From Eledone cirrhosa (taxonomy: Eukaryota): 64,000 nucleotides of DNA. Below are positions 11,085-25,402 of this stretch, piece by piece. The stretch spans positions 395,436,001 through 395,500,000 of the forward strand of contig OZ024741.1 of the NCBI GenBank assembly GCA_964016885.1, given 5' to 3'. Within the stretch, counting starts at the first letter, position 1. Each line of letters opens with the position of its first letter. A program made the position numbers and the translations under genes. The notes beneath the pieces were generated by a model that was given only the letters and a program-made list of their open reading frames with translations, ran no database searches and was not told where the DNA came from.

Positions 11085-14000
11085 TAACCCGTGAACTTTT
11101 TCCTGGGAAAAATTATTCAAACAGACATGACCTCATTGCCAGGGTGTTCAGACTGAAACTGGCTAAACTCATGGCTTTAATCAAAAAGGTCAGGTATTTG
11201 GAGCTGTAAAATGTGACATGTTCACCGTTGAATGGCAAAAACTAGGGCTGCCACATGCTCACATTTTGATTTGGTTAGCTGATAAAATCAATTCAAATGC
11301 CATAGACAGCTTCATTTCGGCTGAAATCCCTAATCCAGCAACTGACCAGGAATTACATGACATCGTCAAAGCTAACATGATTCATGGTCCGTGTGCGTCG
11401 AGTCCTAATGAGCATCTTCACATATCTGAAAGGGGGGGAGGGGGGTCGTGCAGTAAGGGATAGCCCCAAAAATTTGTTGACTAGACTCAGACTGGTGGCG
11501 ACAGGTAACCCCCTGTACAGGCGGAGACGGCCCGAGAACGGTGGCTTCACCACAACAGTAAAGGGGAGGTCAAGTCGACAATAGATGGGTGGTCCCTTAC
11601 TGCCCGCTTCTCTTGAAGATGTTCAATGCCCACACCAACGTTGAGTTTTGCAACTCCGTCAAGTCGATAAAATACATATGCAAATATGTAAATAAGGGCT
11701 CTGATGCCGCAATGTTCGCATTTCAAGCTGAAAATAGGAGGGACGAGGTCACAGAATACATGGTAGTAGCAATGAAGGTTTTTGGCGCCTATTTGGTTTA
11801 CCCCAATACCAACGTCACCTCGCCATCGTACAGCTTGCGGTACATTTGGAAAATGGGCAAAGGGTTTACTTTATGGACCAAACCGCCTCCAAGTTGGCCG
11901 CCGATCCGAAAGAGATCACTCTGACGGGTTTCTTCAAACTTTGCGAGTTCGATACATTTGCGCAAACAATTGTGTACTCCCAGGTTTCATCCTATTTTAT
12001 ATGGTCAAAAAACACTTGGGTGCGAAGAAAGTCAGGTCAGGCTGCTGAAAGACATCCTGGTGTAAAATTTGACAGCTGTCTTGGAAGGGTTTACACTGTG
12101 CCCCCAAGTCAGCATGAGTGCTTTCATCTCCGCCTTCTTCTGCATGAAGTTGTAGGCCCACAAAGTTTTCAGGACATCAAAACTGTTGATGGAGAAATAT
12201 GTGATACGTACCGGGAAGCCTGCTTTAAGCGTGGTCTTTTGGAAGATGATTTGCAATGGGATTCCACTTTAGCAGAGGGTGCTTTGTTGAAATCACCTAA
12301 AGGTCTACGGGAACTCTTTGCTATTTTGCTTCAAAAGTGTGAATTGGGTGATCCCAAATTTTTATAGGTCAAGTACAGAGACTTCATGTCTGAGAACTTC
12401 CTGCGCTTGGCTCATCTGTAGTATACTTCAGTGGAAGTTGGTTACAGCGACATTATCTACAACAGGGCACTGATTGATATTGAGGCCTTCCTCCTTGACA
12501 TGGGTAGGAGTGACTTGTTGACGTATGCCTTGCCGTCAACCGTCAGAGAGGAAGCTAACACGATGGCCCCGGATTTGTTGCGGGAAACAGCATATGACAT
12601 TGAATCTCTTTCCCAATACTTAGAGGAAAATGAGCCCAAACTTCTGTCGGACCAAAAGTTGGCCTATTTAACTATCATTGACGCGGTTCAAAATCAGACT
12701 GGGGGTATTTACTTTCTTGATGCTCCTGGGGGTACCGGAAAAACTTATGTAATGAAATTGATTCTCGCTAAGATTCTTCAGGAGAAAAAAATTGCGTTGG
12801 CCGTTGCATCGTCCGGGTTCGCTGCTACTTTGCTGCCGGGAGGCAGGACAGCACATTCAACCTTTAAACTTTCCTTGGATTTAGTAAAAACTGAGACACC
12901 AACATGCAATATCAGCAAGAGTTCACTCGAAGCTCTGGTTCTCAAAAAATGTTGCCTCATTGTTTGGGATGAGTGCACAATGGCACATAAGGGTGCACTT
13001 GAGGCATTGGACAGGACCCTGAAAGACATTAGGAATTCTACGGTCCTATGGGTGGCGTAACCCTTCTGCTATCAGTGGATTTTCAGCAAACGCTGCCTGT
13101 CATCCCCAAAGAGACAAGAGCTGATGAAGTGCGTGCCTGTCTTAAGTCGTCCATGTTGTGGCTCCAGGTGAAGAGTTTGTACCTGAGCACAAATATGCGT
13201 GCTCATTTGCATGGTGACAACATGTCTGCAGCATTCGCTCAGAATATTTTAGCACTTGGTGAGGGCAAGGTCCCTGCGGATGACAAGGGTGGCATAGCAA
13301 TCGACTCCCTGTGCAACATTGTGAGCAGCCCTTCTGACCTTTGGGAAGCAGTTTTTCCTAATGTCTCATCTAACTTTAAAAACCTCGATTGGCTCAGCGA
13401 AAGAGCCATCTTGCTCCGAAAAATACCATGGTTAATTTTATTAACGAGCAGCTGATTTAGAAAATTCCCGGTAAAGAGCACATCTTCAAATCTATCAACC
13501 GGACGTCAGACCCCGACAATATCGTTAATTATCCGGTTGAGTTATTAAATTCCCTTAAGCCCCCAGGGCTCCCACCTCACATTCTTAAGCTTAGGGTTGG
13601 CTGTCCCATTATGCTAATAAGGAACTTGCGTCCACCAAAGCAGTGCAATGGTACTCGCATGGTCGTCAAGTCACTGACGCCCCACTTGATTGAGGCTACT
13701 ATTGTAACGGGGTGCGGGAGAAGGGAAAATGTTTTCATTCCAAGTATGAACCTTTTCCCCTCAGCGTCAGATATCCCGTTCGATTTCCGGCGATCCCAAT
13801 TTCCAGTGAGACCATGTTTTGCCATGTCCATTAACAAGTCACAAGGGCAAACATTGTCGGTGGCAGGCATCCATTTGGGGGAGCCATGCTTCTCCCATGG
13901 CCAACTTTATGTTGCCTGTTCCCGCGTAGGGAGCAGGAATAGACTTTTTGCTTAAACTCCTCAAGGGATGACACGCAATATCGTCTACAAAGAGGTGCTA

Positions 14001-14310
14001 TAGATGTTGGTGCAGGTGTTGGAGCTATGCCGTCTGGAAAACTGGTAGGGTCACCCATAGCTGACAGATCTGACACCCAGCGGCATCAGGGCCACCATCT
14101 GGCAACTTTGGTCTACTAAATTCGCTATTGGAAGATTATTAACCCATCCTTGATTGTCCAAAGTGCTAATTGGTTTGTAACTATTAATAACCGGTTCAAC
14201 TGCTTTATGCACTTAATTGATAAGCTTATGCGCTTTCAAGCAACGTTTACCTGTTTGTAACTTTTCATAGCAAATGAACAAACCCAAGCAATGCCGGGCT
14301 AAACTGCTAG
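11085..14310 (+). mobile_element. Decayed Helitron (Rep HUH + Pif1 helicase) with intact 3' end
   Basis: VEWQKLGLPHAHILIW (HUH), KYICKYVNKG (Y2), LDAPGGTGKTY, WDECTM, FAMSINKSQGQT, FSHGQLYVACSRV over several frameshifts; GC-rich subterminal hairpin, then CTAG at 14307-14310 followed by T. Confidence 0.95.
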
Positions 14311-15446
<1,136 letters not shown>

Positions 15447-15452
<6 letters not shown>

Positions 15453-17823
15453 TTTACTAGAGGCGACGGATGAGGTCTGTGGCTGGAGTAAGCCCTCAAG
15501 CAGGAGGAGAGTGACTTGGTGGTGGAACAATAAGGTAGATGAAGCAGTTAAGGCCAAGAAACAGGCATGGAAAGAATGGAAGAACGGGGGAGCAGGGTAC
15601 ATTACATAGAGACCAAGAGGGAAGCTAGGCGACAAGTATACTTAGCTAGGAGGGAAGCAGAGGATAGAAAATTCAAGCATGTTTTGCAACGTGAGGACCA
15701 GAAACAGGAGGTGTTCAAGATTGCGAGGCAGTGTGTCAGAGATAGTTGTGATGTCATTGGAGAGAAGTGTATCCGGAATGATAAAGGTGAGCTTGCCCTC
15801 ACAAGTGCTGAGAAGAAAGATGCATGGAAGAGTCATTATGATAGATTACTAAATGAGGAGAATGCATGGGAAGAAGAGACCCTACCCAAAGTAGACCCTA
15901 TAGAGGGGCCAGCAGTACAAGTCAGCAGCAACGTAGTAAGTAAGGCAATCAAAGATATGAAGATGGGGAAGGCAACCGGTCCATCGGGTATAGCTGCCGA
16001 GATGCTGAAGGCATCTGGGTCTGTAGGTCACACTATAACCACACGTATTGTTAACCAGGTAATACTAGAAGGTGTCATACCAAAAGATTGGTCTAGAGGA
16101 AACTATAGAGGTATAAAGTTGATGGACCAGGTCATGAAAGTAACAGAAAGAGTTATAGCACAGTTGATTAGGGACCGGGTGAAAATAGACGAGATGCAAT
16201 TTGGGTTTGTACCAGGAAGAGGCACCACTGATGCCCTCTTCCTTGTGAGGCAGTTACAGGAAAAGTACCTAGCTAAAAGTAAGCCACTCTACTTGGCATT
16301 TGTCGACCTTGAGAAAGCCTTTGACAGAGTTCCACGTGCTGTAATCTGGTGGGCTCTTATAAAACTAGGAGTAGATGAATGGCTTGTGAAAGCGGTACAA
16401 GCCATGTATAGGGGAGCAGTCAGCAAAGTTAGGATTAGCAATGAGTATAGCGAGGAATTTAGCGTACAGGTTGGGGTCCACCAGGGCTCTGTTCTTAGCC
16501 CCCTCCTGTTCATCATAGTCCTGCAGGCAATAACGGAGGAGTTTAAGAGCGGATGCCCATGGGAACTCCTGTATGCTGATGACCTCGCACTCATAGCTGA
16601 ATCTATGGTAGAACTAGAGAATAAATTCCAAACTTGGAAGCAGGGACTAGAAAGAAAGGGTCTCAAAGTCAACATGACAAAGACGAAGGTCCTTGTAAGT
16701 AGATGAGAAAACAGAACCCAGATCCCCTCAGGGAAATGGCCTTGCTCAGTATGTAGGAAAGGTGTAGGTAGGAACTCCATTCTCTGCCCCAAATGCAAAC
16801 AATGGGTACACAAGAGATGTAGTGGGATCTCAGGAAGTTTAATTAAGAATGTAGGCTTCACATGCAGCAGCTGTGCTGGGACAGCAAGCAACAAACAGCC
16901 ACAGGAAACAAGTACCACCAATCTCTGGGAGGGCTCTGTAGAAACAGTAGACAGCTTCTGCTACCTAGGTGACCGAATTAGCAGCGGAGGTGGGTGTTCA
17001 GAAAGTACAATAACTAGGGTAAGAACGAGATGGAAGAAGTTTAGGGAACTACTACCACTGCTAGCTGCAAAAGGCTTCTCCCTCAGAATAAAAGGCAGAC
17101 TGTATGATGCGTGTATCCGAACAGCAATGTTGGATCGTAGTGAGACCTGGGCGCTGGAAGACTTACGTAGATTAGAGAGAAACGAAGCCTGCATGCTCCG
17201 ATGGATGTGTAACAGTAATATACGTGAACGACAAAGCATAAATGAATTGAGAGAGAGACTGAGCATAAGAGGAATCAAATGCTGTGTGCAGGAGAGGCGG
17301 TTGCGCTGATATGGACATGTGATGCGTATGAAGGATGACAGCTGCATAAAAAGGTGCAGAGCACTAGAAGTCGATGGAAACCGCGGAGTGGGGAGACCCA
17401 AGATGACCTGGGATGAGGTGATAAAAGCCGACCTTACCCAATTACACCTCTCAAAGGCAATGACACACGACCGTGACCTCTGGCGTCACGCAGTAATACA
17501 GAGTACCCAGCCTCCCATGGGTACAAGCTGAAGCATATAGACAATATGCACCCACACCCCCCACCGAAAGGTGATCGTGGAGGTGCCACGGCAAAAAAGC
17601 ACCCAGCTCACACTGTAAAGTGGACGTGTAGGCGCCACGAAATGCTCCCAGCACTCACTGTAAATGAGGTTGGTGTTAGGAAGGTCATCCAGCTGTAGAA
17701 ATCAAGCCAAATCAGTTCCTGTATGAGCAAGGCATGGTCAGCCGACCAGACACTGCCCACAACAAGACAACCCGTCTAACCCATGCTAGCGTGGAAGAAC
17801 GGACGTAAAACGGTGATGATGAT
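15447..17823 (+). mobile_element. RTE LINE family A, 5'-truncated and pseudogenised
   Basis: RT and PHD motifs as in other A copies; internal deletion near 16092, in-frame stops, (GAT)n tail, (TA)n on both sides. Confidence 0.95.
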
Positions 17824-17830
17824 ATATATA

Positions 17831-17873
<43 letters not shown>

Positions 17874-17889
17874 ATATATTATATATATA

Positions 17890-18343
<454 letters not shown>

Positions 18344-18406
18344 TATATATTATATATATATATATTATATATATTATATATATATATATATTATATATAT
18401 ATATAT

Positions 18407-18438
<32 letters not shown>

Positions 18439-18454
18439 ATATTATATATATATA

Positions 18455-18541
<87 letters not shown>

Positions 18542-18542
18542 A

Positions 18543-18600
<58 letters not shown>

Positions 18601-18606
<6 letters not shown>

Positions 18607-19108
18607 GTCCACGCTGTAATGTGGCCGTGTAGGCAACATGGTAAAAACCTCCCAGCCCCACACTGTAAATGTGGTTGGTGTTAGGAAGGGCATCCAGCTG
18701 TAGAAAACCCGCCAGACAGTCCTATGCGAGCAAGACAATCACTCTTGCCTCAAGTGGGAAAACCCCCGTCCAAACCCATGCAAGCGTGGAACACGGACGT
18801 TAAACGTTGATGATGATAATGACATATTATATATATATATATATATATATATTAATATATTATATATATATATCCGCCAGACAGTCCATGCTGTAATGTG
18901 GCCGTGTAGGCAACACGGTAAAAACCTCCCAGCCCCACACTGTAAATGTGGTTGGTGTTAGGAAGGGCATCCAACTGTAGAAAACCCGCCAGACAGTCCT
19001 ATGCGAGCAAGACAACCACTCTTGCCTCAAGTGGGAAAACCCCCGTCCAAACCCATGCAAGCGTGGAACACGGACGCTAAACCTGATGATGATGATGATG
19101 ATGATGAT
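18601..19108 (+). mobile_element. Two tandem 3'-UTR fragments of RTE family B (18601-18818, 18874-19108)
   Basis: Match the family B 3' UTR; (GAT)n tails; embedded in (TA)n. Confidence 0.85.
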
Positions 19109-19210
19109 ATATATATATATATAATATATATATATAATATATATATATATAATATATATATATAATATATATATATAATATATATAATATATATATATAT
19201 AATATATATA

Positions 19211-22200
19211 TCATCATCATCATCATCATCACCGTTTTACGTCCGTTCTTCCACGCTAGCATGGGTTAGACGGGTTGTCCTGTTGTGGGCAGTGTCCAGT
19301 CGGCTGACCTTGTCTTGCTCATACGGGAACTGATTCTGACCTAATTTCTACAGCTGGATGCCCTTCCTAACACCAACGTCATTTACAGTGAGTGCTGGGT
19401 GCTTTTTCGTGGCGCCTACACGTCCACTTTACAGTGTGGGCTGGGTGCTTTTTTGCCGTGGCACCTCCACGACCACCTTGCGGTGGGGGGAGTGGGGGCA
19501 TATTGTTTATATGCTTCAGCATGTACCCATGGGAAGTCGGGTACCCTGTATTACTGTGTGACGCCAGAAGTCACGGTCGTGTGTCATTGTCTTTGAGAGG
19601 TGTAGTTGGGTAAGGTCGGCTTTTATCACCTCGTCCCAAGTCATCTTGGGTCTCCCCACTCCGCGGTTTCCATCAACTTCTAGTGCTCTGCACCTTTTTA
19701 TGCAGCTGTCATCCTTCATACGCATCACATGTCCATACCAGCGTAACCGCCTCTCCTGCACGCAGCATTTGATTCCTCTTATGCTCAGTCTCTCTCTCAA
19801 TTCCTTTATGCTTTGTCGTTCACGTATATTACTGTTACACATCCATCGGAGCATGCAGGCTTCGTTTCTCTCTAATCTACGTAAGTCTTCCACCTTCAGC
19901 GCCCAGGTCTCACTACCATGCAAAATCGCTGTTCGGATACACGCATCATACAGTCTGCCTTTCATTCTGAGGGAGAAGCCTTTTGCAGCTAGCAGTGGTA
20001 GTAGTTCCCTAAACTTCTTCCATCCCGTTCTTACCCTAGTTATTGTACTTTCTGAGCACCCACCTCCGTTGCTAATTCGGTCACCTAGGTAGCAGAAGCT
20101 GTCTACTGTTTCTACAGGGCCCTCCCAGAGATTGGTGGTACTTGTTTCCTGTGGCTGTTTGCTTGCTGTTTCAGCACAGCTGCTGCATGTGAATCCTACA
20201 TTCTTAATTAAGCTTCCTGAGATCCCGCTACATCTCTTGTGTACCCATTGTTTGCATTTGGGGCAGAGAATGGAGTTCCTACCTACACCTTTCCTACATA
20301 CTGAGCAAGGCCATTTCCCTGAGGGGATCTGGGTTCTGTTTTCTCGTCTACTTATAAGGACCTTAGTCTTTGTCATGTTGACTTTGAGGCCCTTTCTCTC
20401 TAGTCCCTGCTTCCAGGTTTGGAATTTATTCTCTAGTTCTACCATAGATTCAGCTATGAGTGCGAGGTCATCAGCATACAGGATTTCCCATGGGCATCTG
20501 GTCTTAAACTCCTCCGTTATTGCCTGCAGGACTATGATGAACAGGAGAGGGCTAAGAACAGAGCACTGGTGGACCCCAACCTGTACGCTAAATTCCTCGC
20601 TATACTCATTGTTAATCCTAACTTTGCTGACTGCTCCTCTATACATGGCTTGTACCGCTTTCACAAGCCATTCATCTACTCCTAGTTTTCTAAGAGCCCA
20701 CCAGATTACTGCACGTGGAACTCTGTCAAAGGCTTTCTCAAGGTCGACAAATGCCAAGTAGAGTGGCTTACTTTTAGCTAGGTACTTTTCCTGTAATTGC
20801 CTCACAAGGAAGAGGGCATCAGTGGTGCCTTTCCCTGGTACAAACCCAAATTGCATCTCGTCTATATTCACCCGGTCCCTAATCAGCTGTGCTATAACTC
20901 TTTCTGTTACTTTCATGACCTGGTCCATCAACTTTATACCTCTATAGTTTCCTCTATCTAGTGCATCACCTTTACCTTTGTAGCAGTTGACAATGATGCT
21001 ACTGCACCAATCTTTTGGTATGGCCCCCTCTAGTATTACCTGGTTAACGATACGTGTGGTTATAGTGTGACCTACAGATCCAGATGCCTTCAGCATCTCA
21101 GCAGCTATACCCGATGGACCGGTTGCCTTCCCTATCTTCATATCTCTGATTGACTTACTTACTACGCTGCCGCTGACTTGTACTGCTGGTCCCTCTATAG
21201 GGTCTACGTGGGGTAGGGTCTCTTCTTCCCATGCATTCTCCTCATTTAGTAATCTATCATAATGACTCTTCCATGCATCTTTCTTCTCAGCACTTGTGAG
21301 GGCAAGCTCACCTTTATCATTCCGGATACACTTCTCTCCAATGACATCACAACTATCTCTGACACACTGCCTCGCAATCTTGAATACCTCCTGTTTCTGG
21401 TCCTCACGTTGTAAAAACATGCTTGAATTTTCTATCCTCTGCTTCCCTCCTAGCTAAGTATACTTGTTGCCTAGCTTCCCTCTTGGTCTCTATGTAATGT
21501 ACCCTGCTCCCCCCGTTCTTCCATTCTTTCCATGCCTGTCTCTTGGCCTTGACTGCTTCATCTACCTTATTGTTCCACCACCAAGTCACTCTCCTCCTGC
21601 TTGAGGTCTTACTCCAGCCACAAACCTCATCCGTCGCCTCTAGTAAGTTATTTTTTAGGAACTCCCAGTTCTCTTCTACGTTAAATGTCTGTATCTGTTC
21701 TTCTTTACTGTCGTAGGCGTTGAGTAAAATATCTTTAAATCTGTTACTGGTTGAGGGGACTTTCAGCTTCCAGATCTTTCTTCTCCAGGTTGGCCTCTGT
21801 TTCAGGGCTCGTCTAGTTCTGACCGTGAGGTCGCTGACAACTAAGCTATGTTGGGATGTACATTCCTCACTAGGGAAGGCTTTTGTGTTTACGACCGTCC
21901 ATCTGTCACGTCCTCTGATGAGGATAAAATCTAACTGACTAGAGTGCTCCCCTGATCTATAGGTGATCAGGTGGTTGTTGGGTTTTTTAAAGTTTGTGTT
22001 ACATATCGACATGTCATTGGTGTCGCAGAATTCTAGAAGTCTGAATCCTTCCTCATTCCTTGTGCCAACTCCATGGCCTCCATGTACTCTATTGAAGCCG
22101 TCGCAGTGTCTACCTACGTGTCCGTTAAAATCTCCTGCAATGATTAGGAAGTCCTTGTCGTCTGTTAGAGCAGTAGTGTGTATTAGGGACTCGTAAAACC

Positions 22201-22631
22201 TATCCTTAAGTTCGTCTGGCAGCCCCGATTGGGGTGCGTAAGCTGATATTATTGTGGTAATTGTCTTATTCAGGACTAGTCTGAGTTTAATGATTCTTGC
22301 ATTTACCCTGTACACTGAGATTACTTCATCTACCCACTTGTCAGCTAATAGTATACCTACACCACCCATCCTATCGTCATTTCCCACCCAGAAAAATTTG
22401 TAGCACTGGCTTTTTCCTACAAGGACTCTAGCAGACCCTCCTCTCCATCTAGTCTCTTGCACACAGCATACATCAACTTCCTTTCGCTCTAGCATTTCTA
22501 CGATTTCTCCTGCTCTTCCTTTCATTGAGCCTACATTGATGGTACCAACTCGGAGTTTTGGGCATTTGTCGACACTCGTAGGGGAGGGTCTCTGGGTTGG
22601 CGCTTCACGTGGGTGCTTGGTAGCTCGCAGA
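19211..22631 (-). mobile_element. RTE LINE family A, longest copy (APE-RT-PHD) with one frameshift
   Basis: ORFs 21404-22525 (APE: VQETRW, AYAPQ, GDFNGH, LDFIL) and 19516-21420 (RT+PHD) are separated by one extra A near 21413-21417 relative to the other copies. Confidence 0.96.
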
Positions 22632-22839
22632 TAATATATATATATATAATATATCTATCTATATATATATATATATATATACGTGTGTGTGTGTGTGTGT
22701 GCTGCTGAACAGAACCCGTTCAACCCATGCAAGCATGGAAAAATGGACATGATGATGACGCACATAAACATACATATATACATACATGGATATATTATAT
22801 GCATCAACAGAGTTTAAAATTATAAAAGAAACTACTTAC

Positions 22840-22941
22840 TACTCCAAGATTCTTCCAATCTAGCAGTTCACTAAGGCGTTCAGTTCGATTTCTTTGGATA
22901 ATTCTTTGACGACGAGATAAACAAGTAAAGTCGAATAAAGT
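22840..22941 (-). CDS. GYS: Glycogen synthase internal exon (G6P-binding arginine cluster)
   Basis: ttttcag|[34 protein letters not shown]|gtaagt; 102 bp, phase 0/0; continues in frame from the exon at 35275. Confidence 0.96.
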
Positions 22942-23153
22942 CTGAAAATAAATGAATACAGTATATTTTAAATTCTCCTCTACTTACTGATGTCTATCAA
23001 ACAGAACAAAAGAGATTCTTACCATAAATGATCATAATTATAATACAATTTATAATACAAACTGAACGATGACTTGGCTGATTATGAAAGATGGGAATAC
23101 AGATAAGAAACTAATTAACTGACTCAGCATATTGCCCTAGTGTAACAAGGCCA

Positions 23154-23231
23154 GGGGAACTGAGCCCAACCTCTCCTCTATGCAGTAATCCCTGGCAAGA
23201 CATTTCTTATGATGCTTTGCTAATAGGGTTC
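23154..23231 (+). ncRNA. Possible degenerate HDV-like ribozyme
   Basis: P1 GGGGA/UCCCU with G.U at position 1, P2 GAGCCC/GGGUUC, L3 UCC, GG, P4, J4/2 CUAA in the correct order; P3 and distal P1 mismatched. Confidence 0.35.
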
Positions 23232-23455
23232 TATGTATGAACAAATATATTTATGAATGTTAATGATGTGCATGCGCACATTTTTTGTCACTTATCAGAC
23301 ATGTTAAAAGGAGGAGGGAGAGACCAAAGTCAAGCGAAGATGAGTTTTTCTGGGCTAGATGAAAAAGTAGAAAAAATATGAAGATGAAGAGAGAGATGAT
23401 GAAGAAGGAAATAAAGAAAAATAAATGACAGAAAATAGAAAATGTAGGAGATATA

Positions 23456-23790
23456 TCTATATAATAAAGCTGACGGCCGTATGTATGTAACAAACTTTTC
23501 GCCAAACGGCTGGACCAAACAGCACCAACTTTGCACCATAGATGTAACTTTTTCCAAGTAAGAACGTGAGGGTTTCTTTGTCTACTAAATTTGGTTAAAA
23601 GATTAAAGATATTTTATTGTTTATTTAAATATTCACTTCTTTAAAATGTTTAAATGTAAACACTTCCAGTTAGCGATCTCTCTCTTTCTTAGTCTGTCTT
23701 TTTAGATAGATACATAGTTATAACGTCATGCCCTTATAATATCTGTCTGTATGTCTGGCTGTCTGCATTCTGTACATTGACTTCGTTATC
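23456..23790 (+). mobile_element. Probable non-autonomous Helitron 5' part
   Basis: A|TCTATATAATAAAG start, AAACGGCTGGACC motif and (CTGT)n-like tract; 23675-23788 is repeated at 24930-25035. Confidence 0.45.
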
Positions 23791-23818
23791 TGTGTGTGTG
23801 TATATATGTATATATATA

Positions 23819-23850
<32 letters not shown>

Positions 23851-23852
<2 letters not shown>

Positions 23853-24530
23853 GAAAAAGTGAGTCCTTCATCAGTGACCCTCCAACCGTCCTCGGCATTT
23901 CATCGCTTTAAGGGCCATATGCCTCAGGTTGGTGCGAACAACGGCTAAAAAAAGTCGTTGGGACACGTAAATAAAGGGGGACGCTAGAGTAACAACGAAA
24001 GGGTTTAAGCAACGGAAAGTGAGTAGAAATAGACAAGTCCCAGATCTCTATGAATATAAACTCTGTGAAATCGTGAACAAGAGACGAAAGACCATCGAAC
24101 CTGGTAGAAATGTGAGCGAGGAAAGAATTTCGCCCAAGTTTGACGGGGGGGAAAAAAGAGAGAGAGAGAGAAAGAAAAAGGAGAGAAGAAGAAGAAGAAG
24201 AGGATAAGGTGGTCTGGTCTACGAATTCGGTAAACGCAAGTTTTGTGAAGTCGCAGACGAAAGAGAGAGAGAAAAAAATTCCATACCAGCTCGGTTAAGA
24301 CTGCGCGAGAAAAGAATTACACACAGGTCAAACTTGAAGGAGGAGGAGGAAAGAGGAGGAGGAGAGGTAGTGACAGAGAATGAGTGAGAGAAAGTTGAGG
24401 AGAGGGTAACAGAGAGGGAGACTGCTAGAAGTGGTAAAGATACAAGGAACGAAACAGACAGGCAGCATGGAAAAGTAATATGTGTAAATATGATGATAAT
24501 AATGGAGCTGCGGCGTTGCAAATGGGATAC

Positions 24531-24534
<4 letters not shown>
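23851..24534 (-). mobile_element. Non-coding ~680-bp element, one unit long, circularly permuted relative to 60220-60533 (retrozyme-like)
   Basis: Its two ends (...CTTTTTCATAT and ATATGTATCCCATTTGCAACG...) are contiguous in the 60.5-kb copy; (TA)n on both sides; no recognisable ORF. Confidence 0.7.
23856..23932 (-). ncRNA. Candidate non-circularly permuted hammerhead ribozyme, copy 1
   Basis: GGCAU-A^-UGGCCCU-u-AAAGCGAU-GAA-AUGCC-linker-AGGGUCA-CUGAUGA-A(ggac)UCACUUU. Confidence 0.55.
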
Positions 24535-24584
<50 letters not shown>

Positions 24585-24654
24585 TTAGTATCATAAATAA
24601 GAGACAGTTTAATTTGTACATTTTATTACACCATTCCTTTATACGTATATATAC

Positions 24655-24826
24655 ATTGTAAATGTGGTTGGTGTTAGGAAGGGCATCCAACTGTAGAAAA
24701 CCCGCCAGACAGTGCTATGTGAGCAAGACAACCACTCTTGCCTCAAGTGGGAAAACTCCCGTCCAAACCCATGCAAGCATGGAACATGGACGTTAAACGA
24801 TGATGATGATGATGATGATGATGATA
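24655..24826 (+). mobile_element. RTE family B 3'-UTR fragment
   Basis: Matches the family B tail; (GAT)n. Confidence 0.85.
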
Positions 24827-25109
24827 CAGTTGTATAAAAAATTATAATTGCTTCTACTTTTGGCAGAAGGCCAGCAATTATTCCAGTACATTACTGGTAC
24901 TTTATTATATATAATATATATAATACGATATTCCTCTCTCTTTCTTACTCTGTCTTTTTAGATAGATACATAGCTATAACGTCGCGCCCTTATAATATAT
25001 GTATATATGTCTGCCTGTCTGCATTGACTTCGTTTCTAACCAACTTTTAATTAATTATATATATATATATATATTCGTGTACATATTTTCAACAGTAATA
25101 CTGTACTAT

Positions 25110-25402
25110 TGTGAGTTCAATTCTCAGACCAGGTGATGTGTTGTTTCCTTGAGCAAGACACTTTATTTCACATTGCTCCAGTTTACTCAGCTGTAAAAAT
25201 GAGATGATAGGGACTGGGGTCCATATCATTCCACTGCAAAGTGGTCGTGGAGGTGCCACGGCAAAAAAGCACCCAGCACTCACTGTAAATGAGGTTGGTG
25301 TTAGGAATGGCATCCAGCTGTAGAAATCAAGCGAAAATCAGTTCCTGTCCCACCCTTGCAAGCAGGGAAAAAGCGGATGTAAAATGAAATGAAAAAATGA
25401 TG
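25110..25402 (+). mobile_element. 5'-truncated CORE-like SINE inserted in the minisatellite
   Basis: Matches 59450-59740; possible ACTAT target duplication; minisatellite units on both sides. Confidence 0.85.

Noticed and set aside
9969-11120. 383-aa ORF as one protein
   Set aside because: The first ~40 residues come from unrelated sequence beyond the PLE truncation at about 10998.
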